A stretch of 64,000 nt of DNA, from assembly GCA_963674965.2 (NCBI GenBank), contig CAXXFL010000007.1, positions 480,001 through 544,000 of the forward strand. Direction: 5' to 3'. Origin of the DNA: a bacterium. Lineage in GTDB: Bacteria; RBG-13-61-14; DATKZS01. A model generated the notes under the pieces. It was not told where the DNA came from and searched no databases. It worked only from the letters and a program-made list of their open reading frames with translations. A program made the position numbers and the translations under genes. This document shows positions 10,573 through 20,415 of the stretch, piece after piece (position 1 is the stretch's first letter; every line of letters starts with the position of its first letter).

Positions 10573-10897
10573 AGAGCTTCTTGCAAAAGTCCTTTTCTTT
10601 GCGGCATAGCCGCTTAGGAGTGCGGCGGCTCGACGCCGCTTTTCTTCCGAGCGGCTTGACGCGAGGCAAGCAGGCGTATTATTAGGCCTTGTCAAGCCAA
10701 GGCCATCGAAAGCGGTCTCAAGCGACCGCACTCCTATGTCCCCATTTGTCAAGTGACCTCGAATTATTATATCGGTCCTGGGCAATCTCTTATTCGAACG
10801 CGTGGTGGTACACGGTTCATTTTATCTTTTCGCTTCCGGACGGATCACACTCCAAAGCGGCTATGCCGCAAAGAAAAGGACTTTTGCAAGAAGCTCT
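10573..10897. mobile_element. MITE-like element with 43-bp perfect terminal inverted repeats and internal REP-like palindromes
   Basis: 10573-10615 is the exact reverse complement of 10855-10897; ATC flanks both sides; no coding capacity. Confidence 0.75.
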
Positions 10898-11085
10898 ATC
10901 CGTGTTGGAGGCCTTCAGCCCGCGGCTTCGCGTCCCACGCAATATTGCGGACAATATTGTGATGGGGCGCTCCGCCCAGGGCGGGCCGGGAAGACGGGAT
11001 TTGTCATGGCCGCAGTCGGCCTTTAATATGTATGTCGGGTCGGCGGCCTGGCCGGCGTAATCTCGAATCGACGGGGGAGACGGTG

Positions 11086-11463
11086 ATGATTGAAATAACG
11101 ATGAATCCTATCGACGTTGGCAAGGAGTTCATGAAGCTGGACCTCACGGGGGCGGGGTCCGTCGTGACGCACGTGGGGGTGGTCAAGCCCGACCCCGAGG
11201 GAGGGCCGAGTCGGGGGATCAGGTTCGCCGACAAGGGCGGCGCCCCGTCCGAGCTCGAGTCCATCGAGAGGGACTTAAGGCAAAGCTATAACCTTATCGA
11301 CGTGGTCCTGGTCAGGCGGATGGGCGAGCTGGAGGTGGGCGACGTGATCCTGGTGGCGGCCATATCGGCCAAGGGAAGGGAGGACGCCTTCGGCGCCTGC
11401 CGCGAGGCGGTCGAGCGCTACAAGAAGATGAAGCTGATCGACAAGGCCGAGCTGTTCGTATAG
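11086..11463 (+). CDS. MoaE-like molybdopterin synthase large subunit
   Basis: GAGSVVTHVGVVK and RRMGELEVGDVILVAAISAKGREDAFGAC..AVE..K pattern; GGAG RBS. Confidence 0.75.
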   Translation: MIEITMNPIDVGKEFMKLDLTGAGSVVTHVGVVKPDPEGGPSRGIRFADKGGAPSELESIERDLRQSYNLIDVVLVRRMGELEVGDVILVAAISAKGREDAFGACREAVERYKKMKLIDKAELFV

Positions 11464-11474
11464 AGGGAAGAAGA

Positions 11475-12434
11475 ATGAGGGAGCCGGCATTTCGAACGAG
11501 GGTATCGGATACGCTGGGCGTCGAGTATCCCATCATCCAGGGGGCCATGGCCTGGGTAAGCTTCGCGCCGCTGGTGGCGGCGGTAAGCGAGGCCGGGGGT
11601 TTCGGCATAATCGGCGGGACCATCATGATGCCGGAGGACTTAAGGCGGGAAATCCGCTCGGTCAAGGAGATGACGGACAAGCCCTTCGGCGTCAACATCA
11701 TCAGCCTCCACCCGCATATAAAGGACATCCTTCAAGTCCTGATCGAGGAGAAGGTCAAGGTGGCCACCTATGGTACGGGCAATCCCAAGAAGATCATCGA
11801 GGTCCTGAAGCCGGGGGGCGTCATGAGCTTTCCCGTCGTGCCTCATATCAAGGGCGCGGTCCGGGCCAGGGATGACGGGGCCGACGGGGTGATCGTCTCG
11901 GGGCTGGAGGGCGGCGGGCACGTGGGCCTTCTTTCCACCATGGTCCTCATACCCCAGGCGCGCGACAAGGTGGACATCCCCCTGGTGGCGGCGGGCGGCA
12001 TAGCCGACGGCAGGGGCATGGCGGCGGCCTTCGCCATGGGCGCCGAGGCCGTCCAGCTCGGCACCCGGTTCATCGTCACCCGCGAGTCCCCGGCCCACGC
12101 CAACGTGAAAAGGAAGATACTCGAGGCCAGGGCCGAGGACACGGCGGTAACGGGCAACATAACCGGGCTTCCCGTCCGGGTGATCAGGAACCGCATGGCT
12201 GAGGAGTTCCTGGCCATGGAGGACACGGGAAGAAGCAAGGCGGAGATGGCCTTGTTCGGATCGGGCAAGATGAAGCTGGCCTTCCAGGAGGGGGACGCGG
12301 AGGACGGCTCGGTCATGTCGGGCCAGATTTCGGGCATGATCGATGACGAGCCAAGCTGCGAGGATTTCATCCAGCGGATGATGGCGGATTTCAGGAGGAC
12401 CGCGCGAGAGCTCGCCCGGACCGCCTCGACCTAG
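11475..12434 (+). CDS. FabK-like enoyl-ACP reductase II / nitronate monooxygenase family
   Basis: YPIIQGAMAWVS, EGGGHVG, AAGGIADGRG and VQLGTRF motifs. Confidence 0.9.
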   Translation: MREPAFRTRVSDTLGVEYPIIQGAMAWVSFAPLVAAVSEAGGFGIIGGTIMMPEDLRREIRSVKEMTDKPFGVNIISLHPHIKDILQVLIEEKVKVATYGTGNPKKIIEVLKPGGVMSFPVVPHIKGAVRARDDGADGVIVSGLEGGGHVGLLSTMVLIPQARDKVDIPLVAAGGIADGRGMAAAFAMGAEAVQLGTRFIVTRESPAHANVKRKILEARAEDTAVTGNITGLPVRVIRNRMAEEFLAMEDTGRSKAEMALFGSGKMKLAFQEGDAEDGSVMSGQISGMIDDEPSCEDFIQRMMADFRRTARELARTAST

Positions 12435-12441
12435 ACGTCGG

Positions 12442-13269
12442 TTACTGGAACGCGACGGAGCCGAAAAACAATCCTATGGCGCCGTGGAGGGCGGCGGCGG
12501 GAAAGACGTTTCCGGCGCGCTCGTAGACGAGGCCCAGTATAAGACCTTCGGCCGCCGTGACCGCCGCGGCGGTCAAGTGGATATCGAACTCGGCCAGGCT
12601 CGAGACAAAGGGATTGAAATACATGATCCCATGGCCCAGCCCGAAAATAAGCGAGGCAATAATAAGTCCCCAACCGAACCTGACTCCCATGACTCGAAAC
12701 GGCCTTCCCAAAGAGCGGTTCAGGCGGCCCTGCAAAAAACCGCGAAAGAAAACCTCCTCCCCCACCCCGCAGAACAGCACCGTGAACGTGACCGTCAAGC
12801 CCCAGCCGATAAAATTCGCCGCCGTCTGCGATATGGTCTTGGTAACGAAAAGGGAATTGGCGAAGGAATAGGGGGGAAGAAGCAGGAACAACCTCCTGCC
12901 CGCCCAAAGGTTGGGTATTAGCATGACCGCGATCCAGACCGCGAAAAGCTCGGCCGCCACGATTCGGCTCAGCCTCCTGGTCTCGGGGTCTTTAAAACCA
13001 GAGGCCGAGACGCCGACCTCGGACAGACCTCCCCTTGATATCAAAACGAAAAACAAAGGTATGGCGAACATCATGAAGTGAGCGAAAAAGTCCCAGCCTA
13101 AAAGCACAAGCTGGATAGACCCCACTATGGTGACTTCCAGGTACTTGATAAAGAGGACCAGGCCGAGAAAAATCGCCATCGCCTCCGCCACCGCCAGGAA
13201 CTTGTCTTTCAATTCCCGCCTCCTTTCTCCTTCGCCTTTTACATGGAGCAAAGGCCGGGCCAAGGGCAT
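12442..13269 (-). CDS. CPBP (CAAX/Abi) intramembrane metalloprotease
   Basis: EEVFFRG, FGLGH and AALHG motifs; multiple TM segments. Confidence 0.88.
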   Translation of the reverse strand: MPLARPLLHVKGEGERRRELKDKFLAVAEAMAIFLGLVLFIKYLEVTIVGSIQLVLLGWDFFAHFMMFAIPLFFVLISRGGLSEVGVSASGFKDPETRRLSRIVAAELFAVWIAVMLIPNLWAGRRLFLLLPPYSFANSLFVTKTISQTAANFIGWGLTVTFTVLFCGVGEEVFFRGFLQGRLNRSLGRPFRVMGVRFGWGLIIASLIFGLGHGIMYFNPFVSSLAEFDIHLTAAAVTAAEGLILGLVYERAGNVFPAAALHGAIGLFFGSVAFQ

Positions 13270-13428
13270 GAAGACGTATAACTATAGGAATCGTATTAAT
13301 AAATTACTATAACGGTCGGACGGAAGGAGACGGGAGTGATATAATTAGTTTCACGAGTATGAAGAATCTTACATAGCCGGGAAAATTCATGTAATACAGT
13401 GATCGACTTTGCCGCCAGAAGGAGAGAC

Positions 13429-13459
13429 AAAAAAGCGAGGCGCCCCAAAGACGCCCCGC
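13429..13459 (-). terminator. Intrinsic terminator after the carboxyltransferase gene
   Basis: GC stem GCGGGGCGTC/GGCGCCTCGC followed by a T-run on the minus strand. Confidence 0.55.
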
Positions 13460-13480
13460 CGAAAGGAATTTGACCTTCAA

Positions 13481-15034
13481 TTAAAGAGGAATATTTCCGT
13501 GTTTTTTGGGCGGCCTGGTTTCCCGCTTGGACATGCAGGCGTTCACGGCGTTAACAATCATGGCCCTTGATTCGCTCGGTTTGATGATCATGTCTATGTA
13601 TCCTCTCGAGGCCGCCACGTAGGGGTTGGCGAAAAGTTCCTCGTACTCGGCTATCTTCTCCGCCAGCTTGGCGCTCGAGTCCTCGGCTTCCTTTATCTCC
13701 TTGCGGAAAATAATTTTCGAGGCCCCCGGGGCCCCCATGACGGCTATCTCGGCGGAGGGCCAGGCCATGACGACGTCCGCTCCCAGGTCCCTCGGGCACA
13801 TGGCCAGATATGACCCTCCGTAGGCTTTCCTGGTGATGAGGGTGATCTTGGGAACGGTGGCCTCGGAATAGACCCACAGCATTTTGGCGCCGTGGCGGAT
13901 GATGCCGGACCATTCCTGGTCCGAGCCCGGCAGGTAGCCGGGAACGTCCTGGATCGTCAAGATGGGCAGGTTGAAAGCGTCGCAGAACCTGATAAAGCGG
14001 GCCGCCTTGTCCGAGGCGTTCACGTCAAGTGACCCGCCGAGATAATTGGGCTGGTTCGCGATTATGCCGATGGAATGTCCACCCATCCTGGCGAAGCCGA
14101 CCACCATGTTGAGGGCGTAAAGAGGCTGGACCTCGTAGAACGTGCCCTGGTCAACCAGCATGTTGATCACGTCCTTCATGTCGTAGCTTTTTTTCGGATC
14201 GTCCGGAATAATCGCGTCGGCCTCGGGGATGGGCCGGTTGGGGTCGTCGCCCGTCTCCAAATAGGGCGGGTCCTCGATGTTGTTCTGAGGAAGGTAAGTC
14301 AAAAGGGTGCGGATTTGCTCGATGCAGTCCTCGTCGTTCTCGGTGGCGAAGTGGGCCACGCCCGACTTCTGGCAATGAGATATGGCCCCTCCCAGGTCCT
14401 CGAAGCTGATCTCCTCGCCCGTGACGGACTTGATGACCTCGGGACCGGTGATGAACATGTAGCTGGTGTTCTTGACCATGAAGATGAAGTCCGTCATGGC
14501 CGGGGAATATACCGCTCCACCCGCGGTGGGGCCCATGATGGCGCTTATCTGGGGAATTACGCCCGAGGCCGCCGAGTTGCGGAAAAAGATATTGCCGTAA
14601 CCCGAAAGCGCGTCCACTCCCTCTTGAATCCTGGCGCCGCCCGAGTCGTTCATGCCCACCATGGGGCACCCGAGCTTGAGGGCCATGTCCATGGCCTTGC
14701 AGATTTTCCGGGCGTGCATCTCGCCCAGGCTGCCGCCCCGGCTGGTAAAGTCCTGGGCATAGGCGCAGGTGACCCGGCCGTTGATCCTGCCAAACCCCGT
14801 GACCACGCCCTCGGCCGGCACGTCGGTCGATTCCATGCCGAAGCTCGTGCACCGATGCTTGACGAACATGTCGAGCTCGGTGAAGGTCCCCGGGTCGAAA
14901 AGCGCCTCGATCCTTTCCCTGGCGGTGAGTTTTCCCTTTTCCTTATGCTTCGCCACCGCCTTCTCGCCGCCCATGGCGCGTTCTTTATCTTGTTTGGCCT
15001 TTAGTTCCGCTATCCTCTCGGCGACGGTCTTCAT
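13481..15034 (-). CDS. Acyl-CoA carboxyltransferase (methylmalonyl-CoA decarboxylase alpha subunit-like)
   Basis: DSGGARIQEG, GGAVYSPA, GIIRHGAK and KKHGNIPL motifs; adjacent to Na+-pump subunits. Confidence 0.93.
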   Translation of the reverse strand: MKTVAERIAELKAKQDKERAMGGEKAVAKHKEKGKLTARERIEALFDPGTFTELDMFVKHRCTSFGMESTDVPAEGVVTGFGRINGRVTCAYAQDFTSRGGSLGEMHARKICKAMDMALKLGCPMVGMNDSGGARIQEGVDALSGYGNIFFRNSAASGVIPQISAIMGPTAGGAVYSPAMTDFIFMVKNTSYMFITGPEVIKSVTGEEISFEDLGGAISHCQKSGVAHFATENDEDCIEQIRTLLTYLPQNNIEDPPYLETGDDPNRPIPEADAIIPDDPKKSYDMKDVINMLVDQGTFYEVQPLYALNMVVGFARMGGHSIGIIANQPNYLGGSLDVNASDKAARFIRFCDAFNLPILTIQDVPGYLPGSDQEWSGIIRHGAKMLWVYSEATVPKITLITRKAYGGSYLAMCPRDLGADVVMAWPSAEIAVMGAPGASKIIFRKEIKEAEDSSAKLAEKIAEYEELFANPYVAASRGYIDMIIKPSESRAMIVNAVNACMSKRETRPPKKHGNIPL

Positions 15035-15244
15035 ATTTGTCCCTCCTGAAAATATCTTGGAAATTCGGTATTTTGTTCTCTATCGTCCCGGCGCGTCATA
15101 TTTTATCCGACTTCTCAGGGCCACATATCGTCCATGGTTTGACTGGTCCGGTCAGCTAAAATATAATACTTTACCGGGCTTTATTGAATAACACCTGTTA
15201 GCCCGCATGTCAAGAAAACCAGGATAACGAGGGGCGTTGATAAT

Positions 15245-15610
15245 ATGAATCCGGAGTTTACAAACGGGGTCACCCTTATGCTGACCGGAATCGTGGTCGT
15301 CATGGCCATACTGGCTCTTCTGGCCTTGTCCATAGAAGCGGTTATCATGGTCGACAATTGGATGAAGGCGAGGGCAAGGGCTAAAGATGGATTCAATAAA
15401 GAGGCAATTCCCTCCGAGACTCGGATGATGGAGTTCTTGTCGGACGAGGAGGCCGCGGCCATCGGACTCGCGCTCCATGAGTACATCGAGATGCAGTACC
15501 GGCAGGCCGGCGTGTTGAACATCTCCGGGCCCGAGGCCAGCCGCTGGTCCGCCTCCGGCCGCCAGGGCATAATGGCATCGCGCCTGAACGTGATACTTCG
15601 AGGAAAATAA
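15245..15610 (+). CDS. OadG/MmdD-type membrane anchor subunit of a Na+-translocating decarboxylase
   Basis: N-terminal TM, AAAIGLAL and SRW..SGR motif; gene context. Confidence 0.78.
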   Translation: MNPEFTNGVTLMLTGIVVVMAILALLALSIEAVIMVDNWMKARARAKDGFNKEAIPSETRMMEFLSDEEAAAIGLALHEYIEMQYRQAGVLNISGPEASRWSASGRQGIMASRLNVILRGK

Positions 15611-15626
15611 AGGTGGTTTCAAGGTC

Positions 15627-16103
15627 ATGAAAGATTACGTTTACGTTATAAACGGCATCGAGTATGAGGTCAAAATAAACCAGGTCCTCGGCGACAGGGC
15701 CATGGTCGAGGTAAACGGCAAGGTCTACCAAGTGGACATTAAAAGCTCGGGACTGCCCTTTATCGTCGCGCCTCAGCCGCCGGCCGGCGCCCAAGGCCGG
15801 ACCGCTCCCCAGGTCGCCCCGGCCGTCGCCGCCGCGCCCGGCGTTAACGGAGCGTCGCCCCAGCCGGTCCAGGGAAAATCTTCCGCCCCCGCGGGCACGG
15901 TCAAGGCCCCCATGCCCGGAACGGTCACGAGAATCCTGGTCGGGGCGGGCGACGAGGTGTCGGTGGGAAGCGTGCTTTTAATCATCGAGGCCATGAAAAT
16001 GGAAAACGAGATCAAGGCGACGGCGGCGGGACGGGTGGAAAAGGTGCTCGTGCATATGGGCGACAACGTGGGAGCGGGAAGCTCGCTTTTAATTATCGCC
16101 TGA
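15627..16103 (+). CDS. Biotin carboxyl carrier subunit
   Basis: APMPG and EAMKM biotinylation motif after an Ala/Pro linker. Confidence 0.93.
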   Translation: MKDYVYVINGIEYEVKINQVLGDRAMVEVNGKVYQVDIKSSGLPFIVAPQPPAGAQGRTAPQVAPAVAAAPGVNGASPQPVQGKSSAPAGTVKAPMPGTVTRILVGAGDEVSVGSVLLIIEAMKMENEIKATAAGRVEKVLVHMGDNVGAGSSLLIIA

Positions 16104-16128
16104 AGCGATATAATTATTCCCGGCTAGA

Positions 16129-17328
16129 GTGATAAAGATGCTTGAGAATTTTCTGGACAACTTCGTAAAAGTCTTCTCCAGTACCGGCTTTTCAGCCATT
16201 ACCGCGCCGAACCTGCTTATGCTCGCGGTTGGATGCGCTTTTATTTATATGGCCATCGTCAAGGAATACGAGCCTTACGAGCTTTTGCCCATCGGCCTTG
16301 GGGCCATCCTGATAAATCTGCCTCTCCATCAGATGGGTAACTTCTTTCCCGTCCTCGAGCTTAACGAGGCGGGGCAGGTGGTAAAAGGGTTCACGCAAAA
16401 CGCCGGGCTTCTCGGATTGGCCAAGGAATACGGCCTGTTTACGTACAACATCCTTCCTCCCCTGATATTCCTGGGACTTGGAGCCATTACGGATTTTAGC
16501 CCTCTCATCGCCAACCCCAAGATGCTGCTCCTGGGAGGAGCCGCGCAAGTAGGCGTTTTCGTGGCGTTCTTCGGATCAATGCTCATGGGGTTCGATTTGA
16601 ACGACTCCGCCGCCATCAGCATTATCGGAGGCGCCGACGGGCCCACGACCATATATATCAACGCCATACTGGCGCCCGAACGGCTGGGTATCACCGCCGT
16701 CACGGCCTATTCCTACATGGGGCTGGTGGCCATCATCCAGCCGCCCATTATCAGGCTCCTGACCTCGAAAAAAGAGCGGATGATGAAAATGGAGCAGCTT
16801 CGTCCGGTCTCGAAAAGGACGAAAATTCTTTTCCCCATCGTGATCATGATTATCAGCATCCTGTTCATTCCCATGAGCGCCCCTCTTATCAGCATGTTCA
16901 TGATAGGAAACGTCTTTCGCGAGTCGGGAGTGGTGGACAGGTTATCGCGCACCTCGGCCAACGAGCTTCTCAATATCGTCACCATCTTTCTTATGCTCTG
17001 CATCGGCATCACCCTGGAGGGAAACGCCGTTTGCAACTGGGAGACCATCAAGATACTAAGTCTGGGACTGGTGGCCTTCGCCGCAGGGACCGCCGGTGGA
17101 ATACTCTTCGCCAAGGTCATGAACCTTTTCACCAAAAACAAGGTCAATCCCATTATTGGCGCGGCCGGCGTTTCCGCCGTGCCCATGGCGGCCCGGGTCG
17201 CGCAGGAAATAGCCCATCACGAGGACCCGGAGAACCACATCCTCATGCACGCCATGGGCCCGAACGTGGCCGGAGTTATCGGGTCCGCCATCGTGGCCGG
17301 ATATTTCCTCAGCATTCTGGCCAAGTAA
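16129..17328 (+). CDS. Na+-translocating decarboxylase beta subunit (OadB/MmdB family)
   Basis: IIGGADGPT, AYSYM, GAAGVSAVPMAARV and HAMGPNVAGVIGSA motifs. Confidence 0.95.
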   Translation: MIKMLENFLDNFVKVFSSTGFSAITAPNLLMLAVGCAFIYMAIVKEYEPYELLPIGLGAILINLPLHQMGNFFPVLELNEAGQVVKGFTQNAGLLGLAKEYGLFTYNILPPLIFLGLGAITDFSPLIANPKMLLLGGAAQVGVFVAFFGSMLMGFDLNDSAAISIIGGADGPTTIYINAILAPERLGITAVTAYSYMGLVAIIQPPIIRLLTSKKERMMKMEQLRPVSKRTKILFPIVIMIISILFIPMSAPLISMFMIGNVFRESGVVDRLSRTSANELLNIVTIFLMLCIGITLEGNAVCNWETIKILSLGLVAFAAGTAGGILFAKVMNLFTKNKVNPIIGAAGVSAVPMAARVAQEIAHHEDPENHILMHAMGPNVAGVIGSAIVAGYFLSILAK

Positions 17329-17468
17329 CCTCGAATCGCGATCCCATCGGGCCAGGTCCGGCGCGGGCCTGGCCGCGCTTTTGTTTCCCGCCATTACGTA
17401 ACGGGGCCCGAAATAAAGCTAAAGTTCGTCTCCCTTTCTCCGATATACATAATAACGGAGGAAGTGAT

Positions 17469-17777
17469 ATGACCCGGCAAAAACAAACGCCCAGCCAAGC
17501 GCCCAAATATTCTTATTCAACCGGGAGTTTAGACATGAAAGGATTGAACATGCCCAAACGCGCCGCCGAAGTTCGAGACGCTCTTAAAAAACTCAGCCAA
17601 GATATCGAAACATTTTCCGGCCAACGCCAAGGGAAGGGCCTGGTATCTCCCCTTCCTTGCCAGTCACTGGCCTCGTGGGACGGAAAGCTCATCCCGGACA
17701 TGTCTTCATATAAAGCCGTCGGACTCGCCTCGGACGAGATCGAACCTCAATTGGCGTTGTCTTTTCTCCAGGGATAA
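17469..17777 (+). CDS. Hypothetical protein
   Basis: GGAGG RBS and ATG; fills an intergenic gap; no motif recognised. Confidence 0.35.
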   Translation: MTRQKQTPSQAPKYSYSTGSLDMKGLNMPKRAAEVRDALKKLSQDIETFSGQRQGKGLVSPLPCQSLASWDGKLIPDMSSYKAVGLASDEIEPQLALSFLQG

Positions 17778-17893
17778 TGCGGACGACGCCGGCGCGGCAA
17801 GAGAAGAGCTCGGCCCCGAGCCGAAAGCCCGCTTGCCCGTCTAGCCAATTTCGCCTTCAAGGGGAAAACCGGCCGTGAGGCCCAAAATCTTGC

Positions 17894-19549
17894 GTGGAGA
17901 AAAAAATGCTCGTGGACCTTCTTTTTAAAGGCGTCACCGTCGTGGACGGGACCGGCCGCCCCGGCTTTCGGGCCTCGGTGGCGGTCAAGGGCGACCGTAT
18001 CGTTGCCGTGGGCGACCTGGCCGGCTGGAAGGCCATGCGGCTTGTAAAGGGCGCCGGGATGGTGCTTTGCCCCGGGTTCGTTGACATGCACGGCCACTCG
18101 GACTATTTCCTTTTGCTTCTCCCGCGCTCGGACAGCAAGATCAGGCAGGGCATTACCACCGAGGTGGGCGGCAACTGCGGCTACAGCGCCGCCCCCATTA
18201 CGGACAAACTGTCCATGGAGTTCTTCGACTTCGACGTTAAATGGAACGGCTTCGGCGATTACCTTGCAAGGCTCGAGGAGGCCTGGCCCGCCATCAACTA
18301 CGCGCCCCTCGTGGGTTTCAATAACGTCCGGGCGCTGGCCATGGGCCACTCGGCCGAGCCTCCGGACCGGGCCCGGCTGGCCTCGATGCGGTCCATCATC
18401 CGCGAGTGCATGGAGGCGGGATGTTTCGGCATGAGCCTGGGGCTCATATATCCGCCGGGCATGTTCGCGGCCATGGACGAGCTGATCGAGTGCGCCAGGG
18501 AGGTGGCCGCGGCCGGTGGCATAATCTCGTCCCATATGAGGAGCGAGGGCAAGGAACTGGTCGAGGCGGTCAAGGAATCCATCGCCATCGCCCGGGGCTC
18601 GGGAGCGCGTTTTCAGATCAGCCACTTAAAGACGGAGGGCAGGGAAAACTGGCATAAACTCGACCAGGTGCTGGACCTGATCGAGGAGGCCAGGGCGGAA
18701 GGGCTGTCGATCACCGCCGACTGCTACCCCTATACCTCGGGGTCGTCTGGCTTGACCGCGCTATTGCCCGAATGGGTCCAGGACGGTGGCCGGGAGGCCA
18801 TGCTGGGCCGGCTGGCCGATCCCGCGGCCAGGCGGGAAATCGAGGAGCAAATCTCCACGCTCGAGTGGGACAAGGTCACCATTGCCCAGGTCTTCAACGC
18901 CGATCATGAAGGACTGGAGGGCATGACCATATTGGAGGCCGCCGCGAAAGTCGGGGTCCCGCCCGCCGGGCTGGCCGCGGAGATGGCGCTTAGGTCAAGG
19001 GGACAGGTGGCGGTAATCTACGAGACGACCTCGGAGGAAAACCTGCGAAGGATCATGACCAGGGAATGGGTCATGGTCGGCTCCGACTCGCCCGTGCGCA
19101 CTCATTACGGCCCGCTGGCCAAGGGAAGACCTCACCCGAGGGCCTACGGGGCCATGCCCAGGATGCTGGCCTGGGTGGCTCGCGAAAAAGGCTGGCTCAG
19201 CCTTCATGCGGCCGTGAAAAAGATGACCCTCGACCCGTGCCGGGTCCTTGGGCTGAGCGACAGGGGAGTGATAAGGCCGGGGGCAGCGGCGGACCTGACC
19301 CTTTTCGATCCCGAGACCGTCCAGGACCTGGCGACATACGCCGACCCCAAACAATACCCCGAGGGCGTCCAGATGGTCGTGGTTAACGGAAGGGTGGCCC
19401 TTCAAGGGCCCGAGTACACGGGAGACAGGTCGGGCAAGGTCATCTCCAGGCCCGACGCCCGGGACGTCGCCGCGCTCGAGAGGGAAGCGGGCTCGAGGTT
19501 CAGGAACGTGCACGGGGGCTGCCTTCCCCAAAAAAGACCGCTCAACTGA
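17894..19549 (+). CDS. N-acyl-D-amino-acid deacylase (amidohydrolase)
   Basis: PGFVDMHGHSD, GNCG, HMRSEG, ISHLK and PHPRAYG motifs. Confidence 0.92.
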   Translation: MEKKMLVDLLFKGVTVVDGTGRPGFRASVAVKGDRIVAVGDLAGWKAMRLVKGAGMVLCPGFVDMHGHSDYFLLLLPRSDSKIRQGITTEVGGNCGYSAAPITDKLSMEFFDFDVKWNGFGDYLARLEEAWPAINYAPLVGFNNVRALAMGHSAEPPDRARLASMRSIIRECMEAGCFGMSLGLIYPPGMFAAMDELIECAREVAAAGGIISSHMRSEGKELVEAVKESIAIARGSGARFQISHLKTEGRENWHKLDQVLDLIEEARAEGLSITADCYPYTSGSSGLTALLPEWVQDGGREAMLGRLADPAARREIEEQISTLEWDKVTIAQVFNADHEGLEGMTILEAAAKVGVPPAGLAAEMALRSRGQVAVIYETTSEENLRRIMTREWVMVGSDSPVRTHYGPLAKGRPHPRAYGAMPRMLAWVAREKGWLSLHAAVKKMTLDPCRVLGLSDRGVIRPGAAADLTLFDPETVQDLATYADPKQYPEGVQMVVVNGRVALQGPEYTGDRSGKVISRPDARDVAALEREAGSRFRNVHGGCLPQKRPLN

Positions 19550-19557
19550 CCGCCGCT

Positions 19558-20379
19558 TTATCGCCAGGTAATCCTTGCCTCCCTGCGCAGAGGAAGCCTG
19601 TGATACCTGAACCTCGGATACCCCGCCATCATGGCCCCGAAACACTTGTGCCCCGCCGGAAGAGAAAGGGCCTCGGAAAGAGGGGCCCAGAATTGGGCCG
19701 CCGCCTCGAAGAACCCCGCCCAGCAGGCCCCCAGCCCCACCGGCCGGGCCATCAACTCGAGATAGGTCATGGCGATGACGCAGGACTTCTCGGCCGTAAG
19801 GTCCGCCTCGTGCCCGTGGACCACGATAAGGCTCGGGGCCGAGCGGAGCACCACGTCGTGACCGAAGCGCCAGGCGAGGGTGATCATGTCCATGTGCATG
19901 GCCTTGCCCATCTCCTTGTCGACCTTCAAGACGCTCTTCATCCAGTCGATCGTCATTTCCGCCAGCTTATGGACCTCGTCCTTGTTATTGATAACCAGCC
20001 AGTGGACCGGCTGAAAATTGTGCCCGGTGGGAGCGTGGCGGGCCGCGTCGATCATCTTCTCCAGCTTCTCGCGCTCCACCGGCTTGTCCTTGTAGACCCG
20101 GATGGACCGCCGCGAGCGGAGGAAATGCTCGGCCTGGTCCGCGCTAAGGTCCCACTCTTCCCTGACGGGCGGACAAGAGTCGGCGGGCATGGTATCAAGG
20201 GACATGGCCCCATGCGGACAAACGGCCACGCAATGCCCGCACCTGATACAAAGCTGGTCCGCCAGCGGCGAAGGCGCCGGATACTTGTCCTCTTGTATCT
20301 GGATCAGGGCCATGGGGCACTCGGCCGAGCAGATACCGTCGCGAGCGCATTTCTCTTTATCAACCAGAATCGGACTCAC
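19558..20379 (-). CDS. Nitroreductase with an N-terminal 4Fe-4S ferredoxin domain
   Basis: CARDGICSAECP and CIRCGHCVAVCP; RRSIRVY; APTGHNFQ. Confidence 0.92.
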   Translation of the reverse strand: MSPILVDKEKCARDGICSAECPMALIQIQEDKYPAPSPLADQLCIRCGHCVAVCPHGAMSLDTMPADSCPPVREEWDLSADQAEHFLRSRRSIRVYKDKPVEREKLEKMIDAARHAPTGHNFQPVHWLVINNKDEVHKLAEMTIDWMKSVLKVDKEMGKAMHMDMITLAWRFGHDVVLRSAPSLIVVHGHEADLTAEKSCVIAMTYLELMARPVGLGACWAGFFEAAAQFWAPLSEALSLPAGHKCFGAMMAGYPRFRYHRLPLRREARITWR

Positions 20380-20415
20380 CGTATTCCTCCCCTTTTGCGG
20401 ATTAGTCCGCCCTTT

